Positions 35,056 through 44,903 of a DNA stretch of 49,887 nucleotides are shown one piece after another; the first letter of the stretch is position 1, and every line of letters begins with the position of its first letter. A program made the position numbers and the translations under genes. Location: contig JABZFQ010000206.1 in the NCBI GenBank assembly GCA_014237365.1, positions 1-49,887 on the forward strand, written 5' to 3'. Source of the stretch: Desulfobacteraceae bacterium. Lineage in GTDB: Bacteria; Desulfobacterota; Desulfobacteria; Desulfobacterales; ETH-SRB1. The notes below the pieces were generated by a model. The model was not told the origin of the DNA, did not search any database, and saw only the letters and a program-made list of their open reading frames with translations.

Positions 35056-35880
35056 ATGCAACATTGTCCATATGCTTCATCTTTGTGTTATGATCGGTAT
35101 GCGGAATGTTTTGAGGCTTATAAGAGGATTTCCACCGAGTGGGAATACATGCGCCAATGGATTCATGATAATTTGCTTGTTAGCCTGCCGCACAAAGAAA
35201 ATATTTCCATTTTGAGTGTTGGTAGTGGTTCTGGTGACTTCGATCTTCAGCTTATTGAGATTGTTGCATCAAAATTTAAGAGCGTGGACTATGTGGCTGT
35301 AGAACCCAACAAGGTACACAGCCAGCAATTTAAGATAAGAACTATCAACTATCCCCTGCAAGGTGTTCGATTCAAAATTCATACTCTGCCTTTTGAGGAA
35401 TTAAGAATCGACACACGTTTTGACCTTATTCACCTTAGTCATTGTCTTTATTACATTCCCGATAGAGCGGGAGCTGTTTTGAAAGCGTTGAACATGATTG
35501 TTGATCCTGGCATAGTATTAATTTTTCATCAAACTCCTGTGGGTATCAATCAGATTCAGCGGAGGTTCTTGAAAAGAGTCAAGGGAACAGAGAAGGACAT
35601 GTTTTCCAGCAAAGAGCTCCAAAACATTTTGCATCAATATCATATTAAGTATCGTCTTAACATCATAGACAGTTTTATGGATATTTCCGATTGCCTCATA
35701 GCTGATTCTGAGACTAGCCAGAAGCTGATCAGTTTTTTTCTGGAGTGCGATACTCGTCAATTGTTGCCAGAAATCGGGCACGAGATATGCCAGTTTATCA
35801 AAGAACTTTCCTGTAACGATCAAGGACATAGTCTCATTTTTCAGCCGATAGCTGTATTCTCTCTTTTCAAAAGCCTATAG
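35056..35880 (+). CDS. Class I SAM-dependent methyltransferase
   Basis: The ORF track starts at 34975, but the first 27 codons are MITE-2-derived, so the ATG at 35056 (MQHCPY) is preferred. Motif I is ILSVGSGSGDFD. Confidence 0.65.
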   Translation: MQHCPYASSLCYDRYAECFEAYKRISTEWEYMRQWIHDNLLVSLPHKENISILSVGSGSGDFDLQLIEIVASKFKSVDYVAVEPNKVHSQQFKIRTINYPLQGVRFKIHTLPFEELRIDTRFDLIHLSHCLYYIPDRAGAVLKALNMIVDPGIVLIFHQTPVGINQIQRRFLKRVKGTEKDMFSSKELQNILHQYHIKYRLNIIDSFMDISDCLIADSETSQKLISFFLECDTRQLLPEIGHEICQFIKELSCNDQGHSLIFQPIAVFSLFKSL

Positions 35881-35987
35881 AGAAGGATAGTGTTAGGTCT
35901 GCACATTTGACAGGAGGTGTGAGTTATGGCTGGTTAGAGAACTTAACCTGCAACCTGGAACCCGTAAATTAAGAGGAGAAAATTGTT

Positions 35988-37181
35988 ATGGTTAAAAAAA
36001 CTGTATTGGTCTTATGTATTATTTGTTTTTTTGTGTCCTTATCATCTATATGTTCGGGAAAGGCTTTTGGAGCTGCAAAACCTTATATTTTTGGATTGCT
36101 TCTTGTGGGACCTTATAATGACCGCGGGTACAGCCAGTCCCACTATGAAGGGGGAAAATATGTTGAAAAAACGGTATCCGGTACAAAGATGCTGTATATT
36201 GACAAGGTTAATCCTGGCGACCGCCCTGGAGTCACAATTCCCCAGTTGGTTGATGATATGGTGGAAAAAGGGGCAAGGTTTATTATTGCAAATTCGGATG
36301 ACATGAAGGACGGAATACGCGAGGCCGCATTCATGCATCCTGATATCTATTTTGTGCATTGTTCAGGAGATGATGTTCTGACCGGAAAGGCCCCGAAAAA
36401 TCTCAGCAACCTTTTTGGCCGTATGGAATACGGGAAGATGATAGCGGGCTTTGCAGCGGCGTTAACCACAAAAACAGGCAAAATAGGCTATCTTGGCCCT
36501 TTGATCAACGAGGAAACCCGTCGGCTTGCCGCATCATGTTATTTAGGCGCAAAATATGCCTGGGAAAAGGTACTGAAAAAAAACTCCAACGATTTAAAAT
36601 TTCAAGTTACCTGGATAGGTTTCTGGTTTAACATTCCGGGTGTTACCGCCGATCCTACCCAGGTTGCTCAGAATTTTTTCAACACGGGATATGATGTTGT
36701 TGTTTCGGGTATTGACACAACGGAAAACGTTGTTGTTGCAAGACAAAAACGGATGCAAGGGAAAAATGTATGGGCAATACCATATGACTATGAAGGCGCG
36801 TGTGAAGGCGCTGATGATGTATGTTTGGGGGTTCCCTATTTCAACTGGGGACCCGGTTATGTTAGGCTTATCAAAGCGTCGAAATCAGGAAACTGGAAAT
36901 CTGAATGGCTCTGGTTGGATCCTGACTGGAAAAACATCAATGATCATGACAGCAGTTCCATAGGATTTGCGGCCGGGCCAGCCCTGCCCTCAAAGGCAAG
37001 ACAGCACACAGATGATTTTATCAAAAGACTTGGCACAGATAAATTGAACCTGTTCAAAGGACCTCTGTATTACCAGGATGGCAGCGTATTTCTTAAAGAG
37101 GGTGAGGTCGCCACAGATAAAAAGATCTGGTATATGAAGCAGCTTTTAAAGGGGATGGCTGGGCAAAGCGGCACATTGTAG
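35988..37181 (+). CDS. BMP-family (PnrA-like) ABC transporter substrate-binding protein
   Basis: 397 aa with a signal peptide and the typical BMP/Med pattern. Followed by an ATPase and two permeases. Confidence 0.8.
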   Translation: MVKKTVLVLCIICFFVSLSSICSGKAFGAAKPYIFGLLLVGPYNDRGYSQSHYEGGKYVEKTVSGTKMLYIDKVNPGDRPGVTIPQLVDDMVEKGARFIIANSDDMKDGIREAAFMHPDIYFVHCSGDDVLTGKAPKNLSNLFGRMEYGKMIAGFAAALTTKTGKIGYLGPLINEETRRLAASCYLGAKYAWEKVLKKNSNDLKFQVTWIGFWFNIPGVTADPTQVAQNFFNTGYDVVVSGIDTTENVVVARQKRMQGKNVWAIPYDYEGACEGADDVCLGVPYFNWGPGYVRLIKASKSGNWKSEWLWLDPDWKNINDHDSSSIGFAAGPALPSKARQHTDDFIKRLGTDKLNLFKGPLYYQDGSVFLKEGEVATDKKIWYMKQLLKGMAGQSGTL

Positions 37182-37204
37182 TATTGAACGGCTCAAATAA
37201 TGAA

Positions 37205-38707
37205 ATGCGAATATTGCTTCAAAACATTCACAAACACTACGGCTCTGTGAAGGCCAATGATGGTGTAACCATTATGGTGGAACCGGGTATGATACACGGG
37301 ATTCTCGGTGAAAACGGCGCAGGGAAAAGCACGTTAATGAAGATTCTGGCTGGTTACACCCAGAAAACAAGCGGCACGATTTTAGTGGATGATTTCCCTG
37401 TAAACTACCGGTCCTCTGCCCAGGCTTCAAGTCTGGGCATTGGTATGTTATACCAGGATCCGCTTGATTTTTCCAGTTTATCTGTTCTGGACAATTTCAT
37501 GCTTGGACAGATGAATGGCATTACAAAACTGCTCTCACTCTCATTTTTAGGGTGCGGGCCGGCAGTGCACTTTAGGAAGAAATTTGAACAGATTGCAGAT
37601 CATTTGAATTTTTCTCTACAACCGGATGACTCTGTTAAAAGCCTGACTATCGGCGAAAGACAGCAATTGGAGATCCTGAGACTTCTATCTCAGGGAACGC
37701 AAATACTGATTCTTGATGAACCGACCACTGGCATATCCGGCATACAAAAGGAAATACTTTTCAATGCGTTGAGAGAACTTGCTTCAGAAGGCAAAAGTAT
37801 AATACTGGTATCTCATAAGCTTGAAGATGTTGAATCCCTGTGTAACAAAGTTACTGTTCTGCGCCGGGGAATGGTAACCGGCGAAATGGATAAACCCTTT
37901 GACACAGGCCGCCTGCTGAAAATGATGTTTGGCTCGCCTCCTGTTTCCTCATCCCGTCTAAGGGTTCGCTCAAGTACAGCGTCCGGAGAAGATGTTCTTG
38001 TAATGATCAGGGTCTCTGCCCCAGGAGAACGCACAGGTCTGAGAAACTGTAATATCGTCATTCGCCAGGGAGAAGTGGTCGGGCTGGCAGGTCTTGAAGG
38101 AAGTGGACAGGGTGTTTTTCTTCGTATTGCCGCAGGATTGAAGATACCTTCCAGCGGAGAAGTGCATCTTCAGGGCATAAAAACGAATGGAAAAGATTAC
38201 CACAAATTCAAACAAATGCGGGTCAGTTTTCTTCCGGGTTCCCGACTTGAAGGGGGGTTGATATCCGGTTTGAGTATTGCCGAGCACTTTGCTCTCCAGG
38301 ATAATCGCAAAGGTTTCTTTGTCAGATGGACGGATGCATTTGAAAAGGCAAAAAAGCGTATTAAGAGTTTTCGTATCATGGGAACACCTGAATCATTGGT
38401 AGAATCTCTTTCTGGGGGTAACCAGCAACGCCTTCTTCTTTCATTTTTGCCTGAAGATCCCATCTTTCTTCTTCTTGAAAATCCCACAAGAGGGCTCGAC
38501 ATAGAGACTGCATACTGGTTCTGGCAGCATCTTCACAAATACTGTGAAAACAACACAGCCATTGTTTTTTCATCTTCGGAACTTGATGAGATATTCATGG
38601 CTGCTGACCGGGTGCTTGTATTTTTTGATGGCATAATTATTAAAGATGTTAAAACAAGCGAAACTGATATTCATGAATTAGCCCACGCGATTACCGGGAA
38701 AACATGA
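37205..38707 (+). CDS. ABC transporter ATP-binding protein with duplicated ATPase domains
   Basis: The ORF track starts at 37184 (TTG); the ATG at 37205 is more likely. The first domain has GENGAGKST, LTIGERQQLEI and LILDEPT. The second has LSGGNQQR and LLLENPTRGLD. Confidence 0.85.
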   Translation: MRILLQNIHKHYGSVKANDGVTIMVEPGMIHGILGENGAGKSTLMKILAGYTQKTSGTILVDDFPVNYRSSAQASSLGIGMLYQDPLDFSSLSVLDNFMLGQMNGITKLLSLSFLGCGPAVHFRKKFEQIADHLNFSLQPDDSVKSLTIGERQQLEILRLLSQGTQILILDEPTTGISGIQKEILFNALRELASEGKSIILVSHKLEDVESLCNKVTVLRRGMVTGEMDKPFDTGRLLKMMFGSPPVSSSRLRVRSSTASGEDVLVMIRVSAPGERTGLRNCNIVIRQGEVVGLAGLEGSGQGVFLRIAAGLKIPSSGEVHLQGIKTNGKDYHKFKQMRVSFLPGSRLEGGLISGLSIAEHFALQDNRKGFFVRWTDAFEKAKKRIKSFRIMGTPESLVESLSGGNQQRLLLSFLPEDPIFLLLENPTRGLDIETAYWFWQHLHKYCENNTAIVFSSSELDEIFMAADRVLVFFDGIIIKDVKTSETDIHELAHAITGKT

Positions 38708-38849
38708 GAGCCAGTTTCAAAACGTCCCATTTTGCCCAATCTCTGCGTCAGGCTCAAATTTTAATCCTCGAAATACTCAATGTATTCCTGTGGTTAAAAT
38801 TTTCGCCTTCCTTGACCTTGAACAAACTGAAACGTTTTGAAAGTGGCTC
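38708..38849. mobile_element. 142-bp foldback element (family 5) inserted exactly in the ATGA stop/start junction of the ABC operon
   Basis: Terminal inverted repeats are GAGCCAGTTTCAAAACGT ... ACGTTTTGAAAGTGGCTC (1 mismatch). ATGA is present at 38704-38707 (stop of the ATPase) and at 38850-38853 (start of the permease). Confidence 0.75.
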
Positions 38850-39890
38850 ATGAGAAAATTTATCAGATATTTCTTTGGAATCAAACTGACATTAATTGCA
38901 GCATTCTCTTTCACCACACTGATTCTTCTCCTGTCCGGAGCCTCCCCATTTGCCGCATATTATCATATCTTTAAAGGATCATTAGGTTCCTGGATTAAAT
39001 TTGCTCATGTTATAGCAGCATGGATACCTCTTACACTTTGTGCCTGCGGTCTTCTTTACACCTTCAGAATCGGTCTCTGGAATATTGGTGTTGAGGGGCA
39101 GATGATGATGGGATCTGTTTTTACAACATATGCTCTCCGCCTGGGGATTGAGAGCCATCATCCGGTATTGTTTCTGGTTTTGTCTTTTGCAGCCGGACTC
39201 ATCGGCGGAGGAATATGGGCATTGATTGCCGGATTTTTAAAGACAAAAGGAGGGGTGAACGAAATTTTTGCGGGACTCGGATTGAACTTTGTGGCCCAGG
39301 GAATTATTCTCTGGCTTATATTTGGTCCCTGGAAGCGGCCCGGAATTGCATCCATGAGCGGAACAGCGCTTTTTCCTCCCCAGTTGTGGATGCCTTACTT
39401 TTCCTCCATACGCCTTTCACCTGTGGCCCTCTCTCTTGCATTGATCGCTGTTATTTTGACAGCATTGATGTTGCGTTATACCAGGATCGGCCTGAGTTTA
39501 AGAGCAATTGGAAATAATTCCCATGCAGCCTATCTGTTCGGGTTAAAACCCGGCAGATATATGTTGCTTGCCATGATCTTTGCCGGAGGATTTGCAGGTC
39601 TTGCAGGAAGTATTCAGGTAACCGGTGTATATCATCGGCTTCTACCTGCTATTTCAAGCAATTACGGATATCTGGCGCTTCTTGTCGTGATGCTTGCCAA
39701 CTACAATGTCTGGATAGTGCCGGCGGTTGCCTTGTTTTTTGCATGTTTGAATGTCGGAAGTATCCAGTTACCCATGATGCTCCGGCTGGATTCATCATTA
39801 AGTGGCGTTATACAGGGAGCGCTGGTATTGGCAACGCTTGCCGTGCACGCATGGCAAATCAGGAGCAAAGATAAAAAATGGGTGAACTGA
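38850..39890 (+). CDS. ABC transporter permease (BMP/simple-sugar type)
   Basis: 346 aa, polytopic, in an operon with the ATPase. Confidence 0.8.
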   Translation: MRKFIRYFFGIKLTLIAAFSFTTLILLLSGASPFAAYYHIFKGSLGSWIKFAHVIAAWIPLTLCACGLLYTFRIGLWNIGVEGQMMMGSVFTTYALRLGIESHHPVLFLVLSFAAGLIGGGIWALIAGFLKTKGGVNEIFAGLGLNFVAQGIILWLIFGPWKRPGIASMSGTALFPPQLWMPYFSSIRLSPVALSLALIAVILTALMLRYTRIGLSLRAIGNNSHAAYLFGLKPGRYMLLAMIFAGGFAGLAGSIQVTGVYHRLLPAISSNYGYLALLVVMLANYNVWIVPAVALFFACLNVGSIQLPMMLRLDSSLSGVIQGALVLATLAVHAWQIRSKDKKWVN

Positions 39891-40858
39891 ATTTAAGCAT
39901 ATTGTTTGCCGGCGTTATTGGCGGAGCTACTCCTATTGTGCTGGCAGCTCTGGGGGAAACGATTACGGAAAAAGCAGGACTTATCAACCTTTCCCTGGAC
40001 GGTTCCATATTATTGAGCGCAATGGCCGCTTTTGTGGTTGCATTTGAAACCGGCAATCTTATTATGGGCTTTGTCACAGGCGCAGTGGTTGGCGCAGTTG
40101 TTGCCGGCATTGTTGCTGTTTTTAGTGTCTATCTCGGTCAGTCCCAGGTTGCCGTGGGATTTGTTTTAACACTCATGGCCCGTGATCTTGCATATTTCCT
40201 TGGCAATTCGTATTCGCGTCTGCAAGGCCCTCAAATTATGCCTTGTCCTATTCCGTTTTTGAAAGATCTTCCATTCCTCGGATCAATTTTTTTCAACCAT
40301 AATTTGCCGGTTTATTTCAGCCTGCTTCTTATAGGTTTTTGCTGGTGGTATATTTATCAAACCCCTTTGGGGCTTCAGTTGAAATCGGTGGGAGAGCATC
40401 CCTCAGCCGCCTATGCCAGAGGGACAGACCCGCGAAAGGTACAGCTTTTTTATGCGGTTTGCGGTGGATTGCTTGTGGGACTTGCAGGTGCTACATTTTC
40501 TCTTTTCACCAAACCGGGATGGGGACGTCCCCAAGGAGCAGAAGGAACAGGGTGGATTGTGCTGGCTATCGTTATTTTTGGCGGATGGAATCCGATAAAG
40601 GTCGCGATTGGGGCATACCTTTTCTCTTTTTTGCAGATTATTGGTATTTACTGCCAGGCATGGCTCCCTTCAGTGCCAGCACAGGTTTTCCAGGTTGCGC
40701 CGTTTCCTTTGATGATTTTTACAGTTTTGCTGATGCCTCTTGTTGAGAAAAAATCCGTGCTGAGATGGGCTGAAAACAAACCTGGTATTAAATTTGTGCT
40801 TCAAATTTGTTCAGGGACAGCTCCAACCGCTTTAGGCAAGCCATACAGGCCGGATTGA
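39878..40858 (+). CDS. ABC transporter permease (second subunit)
   Basis: 326 aa, polytopic. It overlaps the upstream permease by 13 nt. Confidence 0.8.
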   Translation: MGELNLSILFAGVIGGATPIVLAALGETITEKAGLINLSLDGSILLSAMAAFVVAFETGNLIMGFVTGAVVGAVVAGIVAVFSVYLGQSQVAVGFVLTLMARDLAYFLGNSYSRLQGPQIMPCPIPFLKDLPFLGSIFFNHNLPVYFSLLLIGFCWWYIYQTPLGLQLKSVGEHPSAAYARGTDPRKVQLFYAVCGGLLVGLAGATFSLFTKPGWGRPQGAEGTGWIVLAIVIFGGWNPIKVAIGAYLFSFLQIIGIYCQAWLPSVPAQVFQVAPFPLMIFTVLLMPLVEKKSVLRWAENKPGIKFVLQICSGTAPTALGKPYRPD

Positions 40859-40909
40859 TCTGGCCCAAAAGTCCCTCCTCTTATAATCCTTACCCGCAAA
40901 AACGATCTG

Positions 40910-41689
40910 TTAAAAAAGCAATGAGATGAAAATAGTTGGATTAACCTCCCAGCCGTAATCTTTCCCGAAAAAATTTCTTGAAACTTCTATTTCAGTACCA
41001 ATATAAGCGTTTGACAAGAAACTGTCTTTGCCTGAAAAATTTGACAAGGGCAAACGCAACTGCGGTTCTGCTAAGAAAACATGCTTCTCATCATCTTTCC
41101 AGTAATCAAGAAAACCGTTAAAGGAAAAATCCCAATTTCCCAAGCGAAAAGGTTGGCCCCAGGCAAAAGTAAGTTGATAGGAAACATCCTGTGTTGTTTC
41201 TTTACGCACCAAAAAATGTACATTTGAAAATCCAAAATTTGGTTGCCACGCAAAGTCTATGCTGATTCCGTAAAGCCAAACCTGATTAATAAAATCGCGA
41301 TCACTGTCATTGTATTGGACAGTTGCGTAGACTTCACCAAGATATTTTACAGGCAATATCCTGACGCCAAATATATTGTCTAAGCTAAAACGCGGAGCAT
41401 ATTCAAAATATAAGGAGTCAGCTCCCGCCTTAAAGTTTGGCTTACCCTCAATATCCAGAAAGAAAAAGTTATCCCCATATTTCCACTCGGAAAAGTGTTC
41501 AAAAGTAGCTGTCCAGATATCCTTTTCCAGTGGTTCACGATCAAAATCAGCATGAAGCTGGAGTTCTGTAGAGGAGAAATAAGCTTCTTCCTCTGCTGCT
41601 GCCGGCATCACAGCAGCCGTCAAGACGCATAAAAACAACACACATACCCACATCATCAATTTTTGACCGATATTCGCAAATTTATTCAT
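40910..41689 (-). CDS. Tsx-like outer-membrane nucleoside channel
   Basis: The ORF track starts at 41785. The ATG at 41689 follows AAGGAGG and gives a signal peptide (MNKFANIGQKLMMWVCVLFLCVLTAAVMPAAA). The segment FEHFSEWKYGDNFFFLDIEG and the aromatic C-terminus are Tsx/OmpK-like. Confidence 0.6.
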   Translation of the reverse strand: MNKFANIGQKLMMWVCVLFLCVLTAAVMPAAAEEEAYFSSTELQLHADFDREPLEKDIWTATFEHFSEWKYGDNFFFLDIEGKPNFKAGADSLYFEYAPRFSLDNIFGVRILPVKYLGEVYATVQYNDSDRDFINQVWLYGISIDFAWQPNFGFSNVHFLVRKETTQDVSYQLTFAWGQPFRLGNWDFSFNGFLDYWKDDEKHVFLAEPQLRLPLSNFSGKDSFLSNAYIGTEIEVSRNFFGKDYGWEVNPTIFISLLF

Positions 41690-42071
41690 CAGACCATTTT
41701 CCTCCTTAGATTTGATAGGTGTTAAGTTTTCCATTTTTTGAGTAAAACAGAACACTTTATTTGTGTTTTTCTTTATATTTACCACATCTTTTCAAAAAAG
41801 TCAACGACTGCACAACCATCCATAAAAACAATCAACCCCTTGTAAAAACTTCAAGAATGTGCTTTCTATCAATTGAGTTTTCAAGTGTAGGCGTAAGCTA
41901 TATATCAAACGGCAAAAATGGTTATGAATTTTGATGCTCTTCCGCTAATACTTTGCTTATATTTTGATTTTACTTTGGATATTTCGTAGGTTGGGCTGAA
42001 CAAAGCGAAACCCAAAGGTCTTAAGCTGTAGTTGAGTTTCGGGACTCTGTTTCTCAACCCAACTTACATGA

Positions 42072-42200
42072 ACGATCGAAGCGCAAGAATTCATAAAGCG
42101 CTTGATTGACCACATTCCTCTCAAAGGATTCAAGATGGTTCGATATTATGGTATTTATGCCAGCCGCAGTAAATCAATATCAACAAAAATTCTCCAGGGC
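42072..42200 (+). pseudogene. IS91-family transposase C-terminal remnant
   Basis: Hand translation ...AQEFIKRLIDHIPLKGFKMVRYYGIYASRSK matches the conserved IS91 tail (F..R...H.LPkGf.r.RyyG). No upstream transposase body is present. Confidence 0.6.
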
Positions 42201-42265
42201 TGCAAACGTTTTATCCAGATAACAATTGAATTCATTACCAATGATTCGAAGTCGTTAAGGAACGT

Positions 42266-42462
42266 GGGCTCTAATACGCAGACCAGACTGGAAGAAGTTC
42301 ACGGGTGTTAACCCTATATTTAGCAGTTTGGGACCAAAATATGCCGAATGACGATAAAAAAAAGATAATTCAAAGTGAACATTTTGTTGCGTCGACAACA
42401 GAGAGCGATGGTCCTCAAAATATAATCAAGGATAAAATTCAGATTACTGCGTGTTGGAAAGT
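42266..42462 (+). repeat. Left copy of a roughly 197-bp direct repeat (3' end of the LysM/PG-binding gene + spacer + first 41 codons of the effector)
   Basis: Matches 49312-49512 with 3 substitutions and one 4-nt indel. It is preceded by a 13-nt MITE-1 end, TTAAGGAACGTGG (42255-42267). Confidence 0.9.
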
Positions 42463-44881
42463 AAAAGACTTTTGTTTTGATTTTGGCAGCGCATTTGTCA
42501 GGACAAATTCGATAGAGGATTTTGAAGATCTATTTGTACTATATGAAGAAACAAAGAAAGAATGGAATGGTCCTCCGCCTGTTGCCATTTTTGGTCATGC
42601 CGATCCGGTGGGAAAAGATGATTTCAATAAAAAACTGAGTGAGAATCGGGCCAGGGCAATTTACGGCGTCCTTACCAAAGATGTTGATATTTGGGCAGAT
42701 ATTTTTAGCGATGAAAAAGATGCCAAACATCTTCAACAGAGATTAAAGGACCTGAAAGAAGTAGGCGATGATGAACTTGTCCATCCAGGCGAGGTTGATG
42801 GCATAATAGGCCATAAAACAAAGGATGCCATAAAAGCATACATGGAGAAACTGTGCAGTTCCAAGCTCGAAAAGAAAGATTTTTTTACCGAGTCAGGCGC
42901 TGAAGGCGAGGGGAAATGTGCCTGTCAGGGATGCAGTGAGTTTAATCCGTTGCTAATGTTCTCAAAAACGGAATGGGATGAGTACAAGAGTGCAGAGGAT
43001 AAAACCAGGTGGAATGAAGAAAATGAGGTCAACCGCAGGGTAATAATCTATTTATTCAAACCGGGCACTATCTATAAACAGGGCAAATGGCCATGCTCGG
43101 CCGGCACAGTTGAGGGGTGCAAAAAACGATTTTACAGTAATTCTGACATACGGCGTCAATTTCAGGCAAACCCCAAGACATATCATAAGGACAAAGATAC
43201 CTTTGCCTGCCGGTTTTACGATAGGCTTTTTGATAAACCGTGTGAGAACAATAAGGCAGAAAATATTGTATGCTGTATTGACTCTCATATGCATATCAAT
43301 AGCGGCAACTGTGCACCTTTACCGTTACTTTGGGATAAAGTACCGACATTTGATTTTTTTAAACCAAAGAGATCAATTATCAACTGGTTTGCTGAGCGTG
43401 TCAAAGAACAAGTAAGCAAGGTACAACCAAACGAAACAAATGAGATCGGAGATAATGCGGTAAGGGACAATGAATCTACTTTTGAAAAAAATATATATAA
43501 AGATTATAAAAAAAAGGATATGGGAAACATACTATATACTCCCATGGTGGTGATGCCTATGGATATGGAGTATGCTCATATCGACGGATATAAAGGAGAA
43601 AAAATATATAAGTTGGTTGCCAGTCGCTATTATTACTACAGTTACTATGACGAGGGCGGCATACGGATAATAGTTGATCCTGATAAACTGCATAATTACA
43701 ATTATAAAGACCTGTATGAAGAGAAAGGACCTTACTATTACTATTATGACCGTAAATCGGTAAAATATTATGTCGATGAAAAATCAGTTAAGGATGAACA
43801 AAATAAAACTTTGGTTTGGCTGAAACTTGAAGAAACTGATATGTATCAAGACTGGATTCTACAAAAAAAACAAACCGTCGCTGCCTGCCTGAAGCATCCC
43901 TGGAAACTCCTTCCCATGTTTCATTATGATCCAAGACGATGGAGAAAAGAAAATTGGAGAATCCCATTTAATGATATAGCAACTAAAAAAGGTAATAATG
44001 AGGGTATGTTTATTGGTTTTAAAATGTATACTGCCCTGGGATACAAACCATTGGATGCTATATTAAAAAAAGGTCTGAGTAATTTTTATCAAAAATGTAA
44101 AGATGAAGAAATTCCGATATTATGTCACTGTTCTCCAGGAGGAATGTATACCCATGATCGAGATATGTATCTTGATTTTGACTATAAAAAGAATCCAGGT
44201 CAGGTTGAGGATTATAAACGTACTTTTTGGTTTGATAAAAAGGTTGACTATTTTAATGATAAGTTTGTGCATCCAGGGGCATGGGGAGAGGTGCTTGAAA
44301 AATATTCAGGGCTTAAGCTTTGTCTTGCTCATTTTGGTGGTTCTGCAGATGATTGGAAGGATTGGAGCAAAGCTGAAGATATAGAAAAGTGGTATGCCGA
44401 AAAAGAGGAAGAAAAATGTTGGATCAAACAAATAGTAAGATTGATGAAGATGACGGAAAATAAAAACTTATATACGGACATATCCTGTCATTTTATAGAA
44501 AATCATAAAAACCAATTTAAATGGTTACTTGAAAAAGAGAATATACTAATAGAACGGATTTTATTTGGAACCGATTGGTATATGACATTATTGAATAACA
44601 AAGCTTACGACGATTATTGTATGGAAGCAAAAGAAGTTATTGACGATATCAGTTTGAAAGTCACTGGCGACCCAAATAAGCTATGGATACACTTTACTTT
44701 AATAAATCCCATGAAATATTATGGTTTGAAAAATAATGCCAAGTGTTTGGCAGAGGGTTTAAAAAGTAAGGCTAAAGAATTGATAGAAGAAGAAATAGAA
44801 ATAGATCTCAATGAAATTGAGAAGGGCTTAAAAATAATTGAGAAGTTAGATCCTTATGTAGGTCTTAAATCTAAAAATTAA
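42341..44881 (+). CDS. Putative T6SS effector: OmpA-like and PG_binding_1-like peptidoglycan-binding modules + C-terminal metal-dependent (amidohydrolase-fold-like) hydrolase domain
   Basis: The ATG at 42341 (MPNDDKKK) matches the duplicated start at 49391. The OmpA_C-like motif is FGHADPVGKDDFNKKLSENRARAIYGVL. The PG-binding motif is DGIIGHKTKDAIKAY. The hydrolase-like motifs are IDSHMHINSG, LAHFGGS and FGTDWYM. A Tyr-rich linker is present. Confidence 0.6.
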   Translation: MPNDDKKKIIQSEHFVASTTESDGPQNIIKDKIQITACWKVKDFCFDFGSAFVRTNSIEDFEDLFVLYEETKKEWNGPPPVAIFGHADPVGKDDFNKKLSENRARAIYGVLTKDVDIWADIFSDEKDAKHLQQRLKDLKEVGDDELVHPGEVDGIIGHKTKDAIKAYMEKLCSSKLEKKDFFTESGAEGEGKCACQGCSEFNPLLMFSKTEWDEYKSAEDKTRWNEENEVNRRVIIYLFKPGTIYKQGKWPCSAGTVEGCKKRFYSNSDIRRQFQANPKTYHKDKDTFACRFYDRLFDKPCENNKAENIVCCIDSHMHINSGNCAPLPLLWDKVPTFDFFKPKRSIINWFAERVKEQVSKVQPNETNEIGDNAVRDNESTFEKNIYKDYKKKDMGNILYTPMVVMPMDMEYAHIDGYKGEKIYKLVASRYYYYSYYDEGGIRIIVDPDKLHNYNYKDLYEEKGPYYYYYDRKSVKYYVDEKSVKDEQNKTLVWLKLEETDMYQDWILQKKQTVAACLKHPWKLLPMFHYDPRRWRKENWRIPFNDIATKKGNNEGMFIGFKMYTALGYKPLDAILKKGLSNFYQKCKDEEIPILCHCSPGGMYTHDRDMYLDFDYKKNPGQVEDYKRTFWFDKKVDYFNDKFVHPGAWGEVLEKYSGLKLCLAHFGGSADDWKDWSKAEDIEKWYAEKEEEKCWIKQIVRLMKMTENKNLYTDISCHFIENHKNQFKWLLEKENILIERILFGTDWYMTLLNNKAYDDYCMEAKEVIDDISLKVTGDPNKLWIHFTLINPMKYYGLKNNAKCLAEGLKSKAKELIEEEIEIDLNEIEKGLKIIEKLDPYVGLKSKN

Positions 44882-44903
44882 CCAAAAGATTAAATCAGGA
44901 AAC

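Noticed and set aside
35983-36306. 107-aa ORF overlapping the start of the BMP substrate-binding gene in another frame
   Set aside because: The 35988..37181 frame has a signal peptide and family features. The alternative frame has none.
41986-42067. GTAGGTTGGGCTGAACAAAGCGAAACCC / GGGACTCTGTTTCTCAACCCAACTTAC inverted pair, and the GC-rich palindrome GGGCAGGCCCCTGTGCCTGCCC at the window end (about 49858-49882)
   Set aside because: They look like members of short palindromic repeat families, but each appears once here. I cannot establish a family or function from this window.
42102-42311. 69-aa ORF in the track
   Set aside because: It is a chimera: an IS91 transposase tail, then unrelated sequence, then a MITE-1 end, then the last 15 codons of a duplicated LysM/PG-binding gene. 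It is not a genuine gene.
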